A stretch of 64,000 nucleotides of DNA from positions 930,001-994,000 of the forward strand of contig MU057487.1 of NCBI GenBank assembly GCA_013265495.1, given 5' to 3'. The notes below the pieces were generated by a model. That model saw nothing but the letters and a program-made list of their open reading frames with translations, did not search any database and had not been told where the DNA came from. The position numbers were made by a program, and so were the translations under genes. Positions 36,481-48,500 of the stretch are shown here, piece by piece. Within the stretch, counting starts at the first letter, position 1, and each line of letters starts with the position of its first letter. Source of the DNA: Vicugna vicugna. Lineage: Eukaryota.

Positions 36481-36767
36481 ATAACAAAGCCTTTTTTCAT
36501 ACTATAATTTAAATATTTGTTCTCAAATGTACAGTCAATACAAAACAAAATTTTAAAATAACAACAAATACACAAAGAAGAATACCCAAGCTTTTGCATT
36601 CTCCTAAAATCTCTCCTAAGATGAAGACACTCTGCCGTCAAAAACCACTCTGGAATATCTACAGAATTTGGCCCAAAGCACAATTTGCTTATGATTTGGT
36701 GATAGTCATTGACAAAAAAATTGTAGTTTGGAGGATTGCCCAGTTTATTGATAACTAAACACTAACC

Positions 36768-36935
36768 GTTATTCTTAAAATTCAGCTTGCATTAGAATCA
36801 CTTGAAGGCCTTGTTGGAATACAGATTTCTGGGCACCACTCCCAGAGTTTCTGGCTTGGTATGTTGGTGTGGAGCCTGCGAAATGGCACGTCTAACACGT
36901 TCCCAGGTGATGCTGAAGCTCTCTTTCCAGGGACA
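36768..36935. mobile_element. MER5A hAT-Charlie MITE
   Basis: 'gcattagaatcacttgaaggccttgtt...acagatttctgggcaccactcccagagtttctg...tctaacacgttcccaggtgatgctga'. Confidence 0.85.
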
Positions 36936-37233
36936 AGGCTACTCTGCGCTGCCTCCACCCTACCCTTTCCCTACAACAGAAAGTCGTCTGGGCCCAGGAA
37001 TAACTCATTTGATTGTCATAAAGGAAACTGAGATCTGTCTTATTTTTTTCTGTCTCTGAGAGGATATAAACGATGTTTAGAAATTCATAATTCTCTCATC
37101 CACCTATAGACTCATTTTCTGGTAACTCATCAGTTTCATTGACTTCTTCTGACCTCTGGGTGGCAGCAGCTTTAATATCTCAGATTCCCCCAAAGAGAGA
37201 AAAAGAACCATGTGTAGCAGCCACGTGTATGAT

Positions 37234-37270
37234 GAGAAAGAAAGACAGAAAGACAGAAAGACAGAAAGAC

Positions 37271-37308
<38 letters not shown>

Positions 37309-37326
37309 GGAGAAAGAAAGGGAGAA

Positions 37327-37361
<35 letters not shown>

Positions 37362-37469
37362 AAGAAAGAAAGGCAAAGAAAGGAAGAAAGGCAAAGAAAG
37401 GAAGAAAGAAAGAAGGAAAAAGAGAGAGAGGGAGGGAGGGAGGAAGGGAGGAAGGAGGGAGGGAAAAGG
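37234..37469 (+). repeat. Compound polypurine microsatellite (GACAGAAA / GAAA / GA / GGAAGAAAGGCAAA / GGAG)
   Basis: About 236 bp with no T and only a few C on the + strand. Confidence 0.97.
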
Positions 37470-38104
37470 TTAGTATCACTGAGCTTTGGATCTTGACCAG
37501 ACAATTCGATGTCCTGGCATAGGAGGTATAAAATGAGTAGCGTCCAGGGAATACTGAGGGGTAGACACTACTCATTCTAACTCATTAAAAATAAACTGGA
37601 ATTTTTTGGTTGTTGTCCTGGGTGTGAACTTGATATTTTCTCAGTACCTCTTACTTAGTTCCACAGACGATGCTATTGCTTCTGAGAAGGAACTGTACGC
37701 ACAGCAGCTGAGCGCAGGAGAATAAACACCGGATGGAGCTCCAGTCCTGCTACGTCCTTGCTATGTGACCTTTCTGATTTCCTGTTTGCTGTGGGTAAAG
37801 TGGAAACTCCTTAGATTGCCATGAGTCTTTGAGGGAAATTTGCAATTTCCTCTCCTTTTGGTTCCCTGCAGAAAGATCTTCATTCTCCATGTGTTTTATC
37901 GGCTACTTTCAAAGTCCCTAACATACCGAGAACTATTTGAATGACACTTACACATTAAATTTGTCCACTTTTAGAGATCATATAATCTCTACTCTCCTAT
38001 CTATTCTTAAGTGAAAACCATGACCATTTATATTCTTATACACAATGCTAAACATCTTAATAAAACACCGTCTAAATTTTCAGTCAGTGAGTATGGCTAT
38101 ATCA

Positions 38105-38790
38105 CCTACTCAGTGATCCGGTAAGTACTTGTTGAGCATACTATGTGTAAGCTATGATGCAGGGGTCCCCTGGCCAAGAGCATCAGTGTCACCTGGAAAC
38201 GTATTAAAAATGTGGATTCTTGGGCGCCACTTAGAACTACTGAATCAAAAATTCTGGAGTGGGGGCCTCCAGGTAATTCCGATGCTTGCTAAAGTTTGAG
38301 AATCACTGGCATAAGGGATTCAAGAAAGTTGATTGTAATGCAGGGGAGATTAGACAAGAATTCAAATAACCACAGCGAGCAGTATGTAGTAGCTGTGTGC
38401 GTGTAACAGAGCTTGGAGTTCCACGGAGGAACAGGGCACTTCAGGTTGGAGCACTGAGGATTCACAGAGAGGGTGTAGGAGAACGTGGACTAAAGGATCT
38501 TAAAATGCAGGGCAATGAGGAAGGCAAAACAAGCTACAGGAACAGCCTGAGCAAAGCTTTGGAGGAAGTTCATGATTAATTCAGAGATGCTCTGGGTGAT
38601 GCACCAGGTGAGGTAAAAAGGTGGTATATGATGGAGAATTTGGGGCACTCTGTGAGAAACGGACTCCGTAGGCAGTGGGAAGCCATTGCAGGTTTTTGAG
38701 GAGGAAAGTTCTTCAAGCTGACCTGTATTTCAGAAAAATAGCTCTGGGAGCAAGGTGGGGAATTGGCATACAAGAGTTTAGAGTCAAATA
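38105..38790 (-). mobile_element. L2 fragment interrupted by MER5A
   Basis: 'agtacttgttgagcatactatgtg', then after the MER5A 'ggaacagcctgagcaaagc...gtaggcagtgggaagccattgcaggtttttgag...tttcagaaaaatagctctgg'. Confidence 0.75.
38160..38308. mobile_element. MER5A MITE nested in L2
   Basis: 'gcatcagtgtcacctggaaac...actactgaatcaaaaattctggagtggggg...ccaggtaattccgatgcttgctaaagtttgagaatcactg'. Confidence 0.85.
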
Positions 38791-40209
38791 ATGATGTGTT
38801 TTAGTCCTTCTGGGGTGATTCTGAATTCTAGTTTAAAATCCACAATGTTGTTTAAAAACCACTGCAGCAAAATAAAATTGTTTTATTTAAATGAGAAATG
38901 GTGCCATCTGATTGCCTTCTGATGCATACCATGTATTGATTCATAGCTCTAAATCATTGATTAAATTATTAAATGCTTCTGTGAATGCTTTTTCTGTATT
39001 ACAATACAAATAAAATTAAACAGTGTGGTGTTTCTTTTCTCAAACTTTCTTGTCAAGCAAAAATATGCTTTCAAATCAGTGACCTTGTCCTTGTGAATCA
39101 TCCTGACTTCCTCCTTTCTGCTAAGATGACGCAGCCTTTTGTGTTTATCTGTCCGTCCATCCGGCACGTTTGTCAGTTCCTTCCACATTTCACGAGATGG
39201 GTCCCGTTCAGAACTTCCCTACTGTGTACAGCATGCGTGCTTCCCGGGCAGTTCATCCCACACATCACTGGCAAATCAACCACAACCCCGCCTCTTCTTT
39301 GCTAAAACTGGCCCAACCCAACCCCCAAAACTCATCATTCTTCAGCTGGGAAATATCTACATGACCCAGAAGAACCAGTTAACTCAGTGGAACTTGATGG
39401 ACCAGTGAGACATGGGAGGCATAGGGGACATAACATGGGTGTTTGAAACATGCTGGAAACTGCGTTGCATTTTTTTTTAACCTGACTTCTTGTAAGTGGT
39501 AATGTTTAGTGTTTAGGTACTGATGACCCTGTTTTAAAATCTCAGCCAAACAACTTATTGTATGATCTTTTTGATTTCTCGTTTTCTCTCAATTCATAAT
39601 TAAAATGGAGATAATCCTTGGACTGGTGATGAGATATGATGGTTAGCACAGGAACTATTATTATCATTTGTGAATTGTTGCAAGCAAATTGAAGTTGGAG
39701 AAGAAATATCCCTCTTGATCATTAAACTAGTTAATAAGGCAGACGATATACATTAGCTGTTATAACTCAGTGATGTGTATTTTATTCTAGATATTTAAAA
39801 GCAGACTAGAGTGCATTTTGTTCAGGTAATTCAGAGGAAAAAGACTTTAAGTCTCTAGTCAAAAAAAAATTGAAGTGCAGAATTCTTCTTAAACAGCAAA
39901 ACACACTAACTTTAGTTTTTATGCTTATGTTTCAAATATAAGGAATATAATACATCAAAGAATGCAGAAAGCAGATTTATTTAGGATTTATTCCTGTAAA
40001 ATGAATGAGAGGCATAATTTGGTTCTAAAAGTAAAATTTAAAAATTGCTTGCAAATTAAATTTTACCCTAGAATCAGAGCACTTTAACCAATACTTTGGG
40101 CTGCAGTGACAACTATTCTATTTCACACTGAAGCAGTTAGAGCATTAAACAGGAAGGAAGTAGCTTAAATTCACATATCACATGAGTGAAATCTTATACA
40201 AGAACGAAA

Positions 40210-40710
40210 ACTGATTCTTGGGGTGGAGGAAGAAATGACAGGCAGAGCATAGAGGGTTTTTAGGGCAATGAAAACACTCTATATGGTATTTTAATGATGT
40301 GTACATATCATTATACATTTGTCCAAACCCATAGAATATACAACACCAAGAGTGAACCTAAGGTAAATTATGGACATTAGGTAATTATGATGTGTCAACA
40401 AAGTATCATCCTTGTTTAAAAAACTGCACTAAAGGACAGGGAACTATATTCAATATCTTGTAATAACCTATAATGGAAAAGAATCTGAAAAAGACCATAT
40501 ATATGAATCACTATACTGTACACCTGAAACTAACACAACATTGTAAATCAACAGTACTTCAATTTTTTAAAAAAATGTACTATTCTGGTGAATGCTTTGA
40601 TAATTGAAGATGCTACATATATGTGGGGGCAGAGGGGTAAGTAGAAAATCTCTGTACTTCTTCTCAATTTTATTACAAACCTAAAACTGTTCAAATTTGA
40701 AAAGAAAAAG
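40210..40710 (+). mobile_element. L1MC1-like 3'UTR, host of a nested L1 stub
   Basis: 'tcattatacatttgtccaaacccatagaatatacaacaccaagagtgaacctaaggtaaattatggac' and 'atgtgggggcagagggg...aaatctctgtacttc'. Confidence 0.85.
40432..40568 (+). mobile_element. Nested L1 3' tail (cetartiodactyl-type) with 14-bp TSD
   Basis: 'acagggaactatattcaatatcttgtaataacctataatggaaaagaatctgaaaaag...ctgtacacctgaaactaacacaacattgtaaatcaac'; TSD aaaaaactgcacta (40418-40431) and aaaaaaatgtacta (40569-40582). Confidence 0.88.
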
Positions 40711-41329
40711 AAACTGACTTTCTCTTTCCTTAGGATGGAGATGGGGCTGAATGGGCCATGGAGATCCATGAGAACAGAGCAGAGACTTCAAGGAAATTCA
40801 AATCACAGAAGGGAAAAGAGCATAGAATTATGCAGGAAGTCAAAGTAACCAAATGGGATTTTAGAGTTATTCACTGATATGTAAGAATACGAATGTTAAC
40901 AATAATTAGTAAGTTCTGCCCCACTGTACGCCTGGCTCACGGCAGAATAGGGAGTAGATGAGAACCACAGGGAAGTCCTCATTGTGAACTTGAAAATGAG
41001 AAATATATTATCACCCTCTATTGTATAAAACCCCCCTCTACTGTACAAAACATAATGGCTCATAGCAGACTATCAAAGTCGTGCAGATGATCTAGCCTGA
41101 GTCCAGGCCCTTCAGACTAGACAGCAACTTGATGGGAACTCATATTAGACCTGAAAACTGTCTCGTTAGAAGCAGGGGTGACCTATCATGGAATCAGAGA
41201 AAAGGGAGCCAATATTTAAAGCAAATACTAAAAAAAAAGACGAGTATTAGGTTGGAGACCCTAATATTTGAGCAGCACCAGTGCATTTGGCTGTGTAATA
41301 TTCACCAGAATCGCCAGTCCTGCGAGGTA

Positions 41330-42330
41330 GGAACTGGGAAGAACTACAGCTAGATTGATCGAAGGTTGGGACTCAGCTGGGCAAGTGAAAAGGGAGAACA
41401 GGTAGGCAAGAACATTAAAAGAAAGTGACTGAAGTGATTTACAGTGGAGTCTAAGTTGGATGAGAAAGCAGTGGAGTCTAAGTTGGATGGAGGAGCTGAT
41501 AGACAGAAAGCCGGGAGAATAGTGGGAGGACTCAGGGGTGTTACAGCTGAAAAACCGAAGCTGTGGGTCTCATGGGCTGAGAAGGCTGAAAGCATAGGAT
41601 GCTGCCATCAGAAAAGGGTCTGGGTGAGTGCGGGATCATGAGAGTGAGGAGCTGGAGTGGGGGATGTTGAAGGTTATTCGACCTGAGAAGATCAAACATT
41701 CAAGAGGCCAGGGTGCTGCGTGAGTGATCGGGGTGAGTGGGAAAGTACCGCATGATGGAGAATAAGGCTGCGAGCCAGGTGCTTCCAAAGAACAAGGGGG
41801 AGACAGGAGTCTGGGAAAGGAATGAGATGAGGAGAGACATTTAGTTGAATGTCCCAAGTCCCCAAAGAGCAAGGATTTTTACATGAGAGAGAAGGACTTA
41901 TGGCCTGAAAGTAGCCTTGAGGGTAGGAGTATGCTACCCAAGTTACTGGATTTGGGGAGTTGGCGGATTCTACTTGGGAGGAAGAATGTCATTAGGGGAG
42001 TCAAGCACCAGCTGCGGCAAGGATGTGGAGGGCATGTTCAGTGATGGAGCTGAGGGCAAGGGGAGCCGTGGATGTAGGACAAGAGAGAACACAGAAGAAA
42101 CGTAGGGGAGGGAGTGGGGGAAGTTGAGTAAGAGGGCGGAGCACAGAAGTGTCTGGGAATGAAAAGATGGGAGAGGACAGAGGAAGCAGAGCTTACATTT
42201 TGGATGGTCACTGAAATAGCCGGGGCAAGAGGCATTTTTTACACCCAATCCCCAGTGGAGGGGTGGGGATATTGTCAAGAAGGGATGGGGAAATCTTCCA
42301 CGGAAGGAGTAAATTATGATCTGTGTTGAT
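41330..42330 (-). mobile_element. L2 internal (ORF2-derived) remnant
   Basis: Long G/A-rich stretch with antisense L2-like motifs ('gagaagatcaaacattcaagaggccagggtg', 'gagccaggtgct'). Confidence 0.55.
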
Positions 42331-44149
42331 GGGACTTTTAGGGAGTTAGAGAGGTTGAGCTAGGTTTGTCCCAAGAGAAAGACATAACAGGTCGGGGGAG
42401 GGAGTTAAAGTGGGGCAAGGTACTTTTGAATAACCCTGAGCATGTTAGCTGAATGCCTCTCCGTTTCCTCCTAGGTTTCAGCTCAGAACATTTCCTTATA
42501 TGAGTACCATAAGCCACTTGGCTATAAAACAATATAAATCACAGAACAGTGTAAGCAGCAAAGGAAGGTAGGAATCTTACCATATGTCCACAATGCTGTA
42601 CATATTTTAAAGTTTAAATACCAGAGGATCAGTGTATTGAATCCAGAGGGGAAATACAGTATGTTGTTGTAGCACCCCATAAAACTGCCAGGCAGCACCT
42701 CTTCATGTATTCTGCATCCGTTTGAAAAGATAGTGGCTCTCCCTGTGTATGCGTCTGCGCCTGTCTTCCCTCTGCTTAAAACAATATCTTGCAAACAGCA
42801 GCCTGTCTGAGAAGAGATAAGAGGATTTGGAATTGTCCAAACGCAGCCTGTGCAGACTCGGCTCTTATCTGTTGAGATTCCCTTGCCTTCATTAACTATT
42901 AAATGCTAACCTTTCCTGTTTAATAAGAGGAGACTATTAAACGTTTTCCACGGCCTGATGAGAGAGATGTGGAGGTCTGTCACATTTCTGCCTTCTGGAA
43001 GACACCAAAACAAAAAACAACACAAACAAAGAAACAAAAAAACCCTCATTAAACGTTTCCAACCACTCTCATGGCTGTATTTGCCCTTCTCTTAACCTGG
43101 AGCTAGTTAGTGGAATTTGATGTTCTCTGTGTCTGCAGCAACTGCGTCTACAACGCTCGTGGAAAACAGTGGAGACAGTCCTTGTAGATACTTTGGCTGC
43201 ACGGGGTTGGCTCTCTTTGCCCTGGGTGTGTCCGGGGGTGTCCCAGAGCTGGGGCTCCATCCATTTTCTTTGGCATTTCACTTCTTTTCAGTGGTGCACT
43301 TCCCTAAGTCTTTGACCTTTGAGTGGTTAAGATGATCTGAGTCTGATCATGTATTGTTTACAATTTCTGAAGCAAAATTAAGTGAAATCGTTCTGAGAAT
43401 TAGATCTTAAAAGTGTTAGTAAAGTGTTTCTTTACTTTCTGATAATCTGGTTATAATTTTAATTTCTGCAGATTAAATCCTGAGACCCAGGGCTGACAAT
43501 AATTTGTTGCCCCTTCAAACTGATGGTTTAAAAATATTTGTGCAACACGTATTGAGGAGAGAGGTGATATGTTCTGTGGGGTGGGGCCGAGAAGGAGGGG
43601 TGCTCCCAGCTGTGTGGCACAGTTCTGAGTAATTTAGTTCTTACCCCAGACGAGATTAACACTCTGCAGGTATGCACCATGCCCTTCCCTGACCCACTAG
43701 CCTCCGAAGCAGGTTAGAGATTTTTTTTTTTATTGTAACCTGAGCATGAGTCTCAAAGTCTTTATTTTCACCCCTGAGCCTTATCAAAGTGGCTCTTGTA
43801 ACTCCCTCTCCCTGGAGGAATTCTGGTAAATATGGCTCCTTCTCATTATATTCCCACTGATGTCTCTGCACTCAATGACCTTCAGCTCTCGTCATAGATG
43901 GACGAGCTGGCTCATCCTTTGACTCAGCTTAGCTAACAATCAAGTTCCCCAAACATACATGAATTGTACAATGTTGACACTATGGCAGTAATAACAGTAC
44001 AAAGGATTACTATTATATGTGACAAAGTTATGGCCAAGATTGGAAACCAAACTAACAGAGATTTTGATAATCTTTTAAAGTTTCTTTTTCTCTTAATTTT
44101 TTTAATGCTTAATTCCAATTTTGGAGGAATTCTGAAAACTTGACAGACA

Positions 44150-44280
44150 ATTAACTAAGAGGAATGTTTCTGAAAATATGTATCTTGATTTCAGCAAAAC
44201 ACTGGGCAAATTTTTTGCTGTATTATTAGATGAGATGACTAAGGCTAGGTATAAACAAAAAGATAATATGTGGGCAAAAT
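44150..44280 (+). mobile_element. L3/CR1 RT fragment
   Basis: tat ctt gat ttc agc aaa encodes YLDFSK, the CR1 RT motif (Y)LDFSKAFD, at ~44181. Confidence 0.6.
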
Positions 44281-44284
44281 TTTT

Positions 44285-44920
44285 TAATTTTTATTTTGGA
44301 AAGTTTCATGCATATGCAAAAAATACAGGATGATAGAATAAGCCCCTGTGCACCTATCACTTAACTTCAGCCATTTTCCTGCATGACTAATTATGTTTCA
44401 TCAGGACCAGAACATTCCCCCCTACCACCAAGATTTAAAAAATCTCAAACAGCTCAGAAACTATTAAGTGAAGTAAGTCAGACAGAGAATGACAAATATC
44501 ATATGATATCACTTATTTGTGGACTCTAAAAAGTAATACAAATGAACTTATTTACAAAACAGAAACAGAGTCACAGACAGAAAGCAACGTTATGGTTACC
44601 AAAGGGGAAGATGGGGAGGGGTAAATTAGGAGCTTGGGATTAACAGATACACGTTACTAGATATAAAATAAACAAGGACCTACTGTATAGCACAGGGAAT
44701 CATATTCAATAGCTTGTAATAACCTATAATGGAAAAGAATCTGGAAAAGAATATCTGTGTATCTATATATAACTGAATCACGTTGCTGTACACCTAAAAC
44801 TAACACGATATTGTAAATCCATTATACTCCGATTTAAAACAAAGCTGAGAAATATATTTGATGAAATACCATCAGCATAAATAGAAAACTCCCTCTCTGA
44901 GGATTTTTAAATGTATGTCT
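44285..44920 (-). mobile_element. L1MC-type 3' fragment split by a younger L1
   Basis: 'ttttattttggaaagtttcatgcatatgcaaaaa...aataagcccctgtgcacctatcacttaacttcagcc', homologous to the 12545 element. Confidence 0.6.
44461..44838 (+). mobile_element. L1 ORF2 end plus 3'UTR (cetartiodactyl-type), nested
   Basis: 'taagtgaagtaagtcagacagagaatgacaaatatcatatgatatcactta...aacaaggacctactgtatagcacagggaa'; degenerate TSD aaacagctcagaaa (44447-44460) and acaaagctgagaaa (44839-44852). Confidence 0.9.
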
Positions 44921-45974
44921 TTTAAATTTAACTTAATTGATTTTAATTTTAAGGATAAAGGACTAATTTTAAAGGAATTTGAGAGAAAAAGATCTGCGTG
45001 TGAAGCAGCTGCATGAGAAAACTGCTGAACAAGTGGACACATCCTGACCAACACAAAAAGTGGCTTTCAGATCAGGAAAACACGAGGGGTGTAACAGGCA
45101 GTCCTTAGGGAGCAGCGCCAACACCAGGTGAACAGTCTACTTCAGCCACTACCCTGCTCGGATTGTTCCCAGCTCAGGGTAAAAGAAACTCCTCCTGGGA
45201 GCCAGTGCTACCTGTCCCAATGCCAAATGACTATAGTGTGAGCTGTGTGCAGGGCTGTCTCCTGCCATGCCGTGAATGGAGTGTGGAGGACCATGTGCTA
45301 CTCTGTGGTATCTCTGCTCTGAGCATGCGCTGATGGGCTGGTGTCCACTGCTTCTACACACTGAACATAAATCCAATACCCAGCCCATCTGATGTGGTGG
45401 GATGAGGGTCAGTTCCTGTGGTATGATAGGCACACAGATACTTTATTTTCCTCATATTCCCCTTCAGGAACTCTGCATGACCTCAAGTGGGGCATCACAG
45501 GGTTGGAAATTGAAGTTACAGGTCCACAGCTGGTATGATACTCGATTTTATTTATAAGGTCCAATTTAAATATGAAAATGTGGAATATGAGGTCATACAT
45601 TAATATTCTATTCCTTGGTCTTATGACAAGAACATGGTCTGTAGGAAAAGCATCAATTGTTCCCCCCCCCCCAAAAAAGATCCTTAGGTATTTCTAGGCT
45701 CTGCCCCTAACAACATCCTTTCTATAACTCCTCCTCCCTCACCTCCAACAGAGACCCATTGGATCAGCTACTGGGCTTAATAGGTTAAAAGCATCTAGCC
45801 CAGGGCTAGGCTGGGTACTGATCTAAATTCACCAATTGCCAGCTTGGCACTCTGGGTAATCTCCTGGCGTGCTGGATTGTAAAACGGAGTTTGTAGCAGT
45901 GAGGTGGAGAGGGTATAGGGTGAACAAGAACCTAGCCCAGCACCTGGTGCTTGGAAATATATCTCTTGGTATGT

Positions 45975-46323
45975 GAGACATGCCTCAGGCTCTTTGCTTT
46001 TTGCCCCACATATTTGCAAACCTTGCTCCCTTCTCCAAGTTTCATCACAAATGTTATTTTTTCATGAGTCTTTCCCTGGCCACCTTATGTAAAATTGCAA
46101 AACTTCCCCCTCAGGGTTCCCTCTCCCCCTCTCTGCTTTTTCCTCTTGAGTTCTTATCATCCTCTAACAAACAGACTGTTTCACTTATTTATTGTCTGTA
46201 ATCCCACAAGAATCCCCTTGAAGGTAGGGAGCTTTGTTGATTCTTGCCTGGTTTGAGCTCTTGCATTATTGGTAGTGCAGACAATACATGCAACACTTTA
46301 TATTTGCTGAATGAGTGAATGAA
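45975..46323 (+). mobile_element. L2a-like 3' region
   Basis: 'caaatgttattt...tttccctggccaccttatgtaaaattgca...tttattgtctgt...ccttgaaggtagggagctttgtt...tatttgctgaatgagtgaatgaa'. Confidence 0.85.
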
Positions 46324-47209
46324 ATGATACATATAATCTATTTTTACTCTTAGTTTTTTCACTCATTGCCAAAAACTCTGATGCGGCTACCCTTCTGTAT
46401 TCCTTATTTGTGTGAAAGCTACAAAAATACTTTCTTCTCCTGTGCTGAATGACTAGATCCTGTTGGTTACCCGTATTCATGTAGTTTTTAGCAGAAACCC
46501 TGCTTCATCATGGGCTCTCACCCGCCCTGGGATGAGAACCTGTAACCCTAGTCATGTGTGCACCGGGAAGAAGTTCACTCTTGCCTATCTGGATGCAGCG
46601 AGTGTGAAAGGCATTTCATGTATGTGTGTATCTCAGGCAGCTGATTCAATAGTGCATTACTACTGCCCCTACTAGATTGTGATGCCAGTTTATTGAGAGA
46701 AAGTAAAATGCTATTTTAGGGTCAACTGAGCTTTGCACGTGGAAAGTGTGAACAATGTGTTGGGATTACATTGTGGAAAATGATGGCTGCAGCAACATGG
46801 ACAGGTCACAAGACGGTGTGATGAATAAAACACTGTGAGTCCTGGAGTCCATGACCATTTCACCACCGATGTCATAACTTGTGAGACTTTTGCCTGAGTG
46901 GGGGTCAGTAATGAATGCATTTTCTACTGACTCAACACCACACCCATTTCCATGAACACAGTTCATTCCTTAAGGTGTATCCTGGCACACTGGACCATGA
47001 CATTGTGTATGTAGTGGGCACACTAGAATTTGGACAAATAACTTGGAAAGGTAGGCAGGAAGTTTTTATTTCAAGGAATATTGGTTTGGCGTTTAAAAAA
47101 TGTTTGTTGTAAAGATAATTTGAAAAATGTAGTGGTAGCTCTCTCCACGAGATGGCACTCATTGTCTTCCTTACTTTTTGAAGTTTTTAACATATTCATA
47201 GTTAAAGAA

Positions 47210-47310
47210 TATGTATGTATATATATGCAAATACATGTACACATGTATACATGCATATATATGTATGTTACATATATATACAGATGCATATTCATGTACA
47301 CGTATATACG
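47210..47310. repeat. Alternating purine-pyrimidine (TA/CA/TG) low-complexity tract
   Basis: atgtatgtatatatatgcaaatacatgtacacatgtatacatgcatatat... Confidence 0.85.
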
Positions 47311-48299
47311 ATGTGTTTATCCAAGGTTTATAATTTACCTAGGTCATTCATGTTCCTGACAAACGTGTCATTTATTTTGGCCCCTTGGGGTCACTGGGAC
47401 AGGTAGCATATAGGGTTCTTGTTGGTGGCTGTAGCAAGGCAATCACTGCCTTCAGCCTCTTCATTTCCACTCTGTGCTCTGCTTATGCCAAAGGATGAAA
47501 ATACAAAGCTGACTTTGAGTCTCGGAATCTATGCACAGCAGGCAAGGATGAAGCACAAAACCATTTAGACAGAGAAAAAACAGGAATGTAACGAGATAAG
47601 CTATTTATAGAAAGACTACTATCTGGGATGTTGAGGACTGAACAGGCTAGTAATTGGAAAAGCTGGTAACATTTTAGAAAAAAAAAATTGAGATTTCTTC
47701 CTCTTGGAAGAATCTTGCTCCTGTTAGCATCTGAGGCCCAAGAGTAACTCTCTTTTCCTTTGTGGACAAGTTCTAATATGAATTAAAATACGATCTTTTT
47801 TCCTTGAAGTTCTTCCTCTCCACTGCAGTCCTAGGATCTAGTTAGAATGCTCCACCAGTGACAGACTTCAGTGTGGATTTTGAGGTTAGAGACCCACAAT
47901 TATGGCTGGAGAGTTAACTAGGGCTTTGGATCATTACGAAATAATCCTGTTTTCATTACATTAGCATGAAGAAGGGGAAAAGATCAGGAACTCAGACTCT
48001 GCAGAAAAGCATGTCAAATCGTCCCTGGGGGCAAAACAAGATTCTCAGCAACGGTGACATCAACACACATCAGCGGACTGGAAATTCAACTCACACTGAC
48101 CTTGTGAGCACTCAAACCAAGTGGCCACTTGGGAGACGGAGATGGAAAAGGCACTTGTAGCTCCATCTCATGCCACGTGCCTTCAGTAGAGGCAGCCAGT
48201 CCCTTCTGCCTTTGCAGGAGCCTCGTCCTCACTAGGAGAAAGTTCTGCCCTTTCTATTCACATGCGTTAGTTTTCTTCTGCCCAACATCAGGGATTATA

Positions 48300-48500
48300 T
48301 TTGTAAAGCACTTTGTGAATTCCAAAATATGTTCACATCCAAGAATCTTCTTTATTCCTTTCCACAACAATGGTATGGAGGTCGATAAGATCATCCTAAT
48401 TTTACAGATAAGAATCCTGAATAGGGGAAGTGACTTGTCTGAGGTCAGAAACTAGACAGAATTAGGCCTAAAATGAAAAGCTCCCCAGGTCTGTAGCCCA
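48300..48500 (-). mobile_element. MIR SINE
   Basis: 'ccacaacaatggtatggaggt...atcctaattttacagataagaa...aagtgacttgtctgaggtca'. Confidence 0.75.

Noticed and set aside
37104..37575. Five overlapping ORFs of 87-131 aa (K/E/R-rich or S/F/L-rich)
   Set aside because: Translations of the polypurine microsatellite, which cannot contain stop codons.
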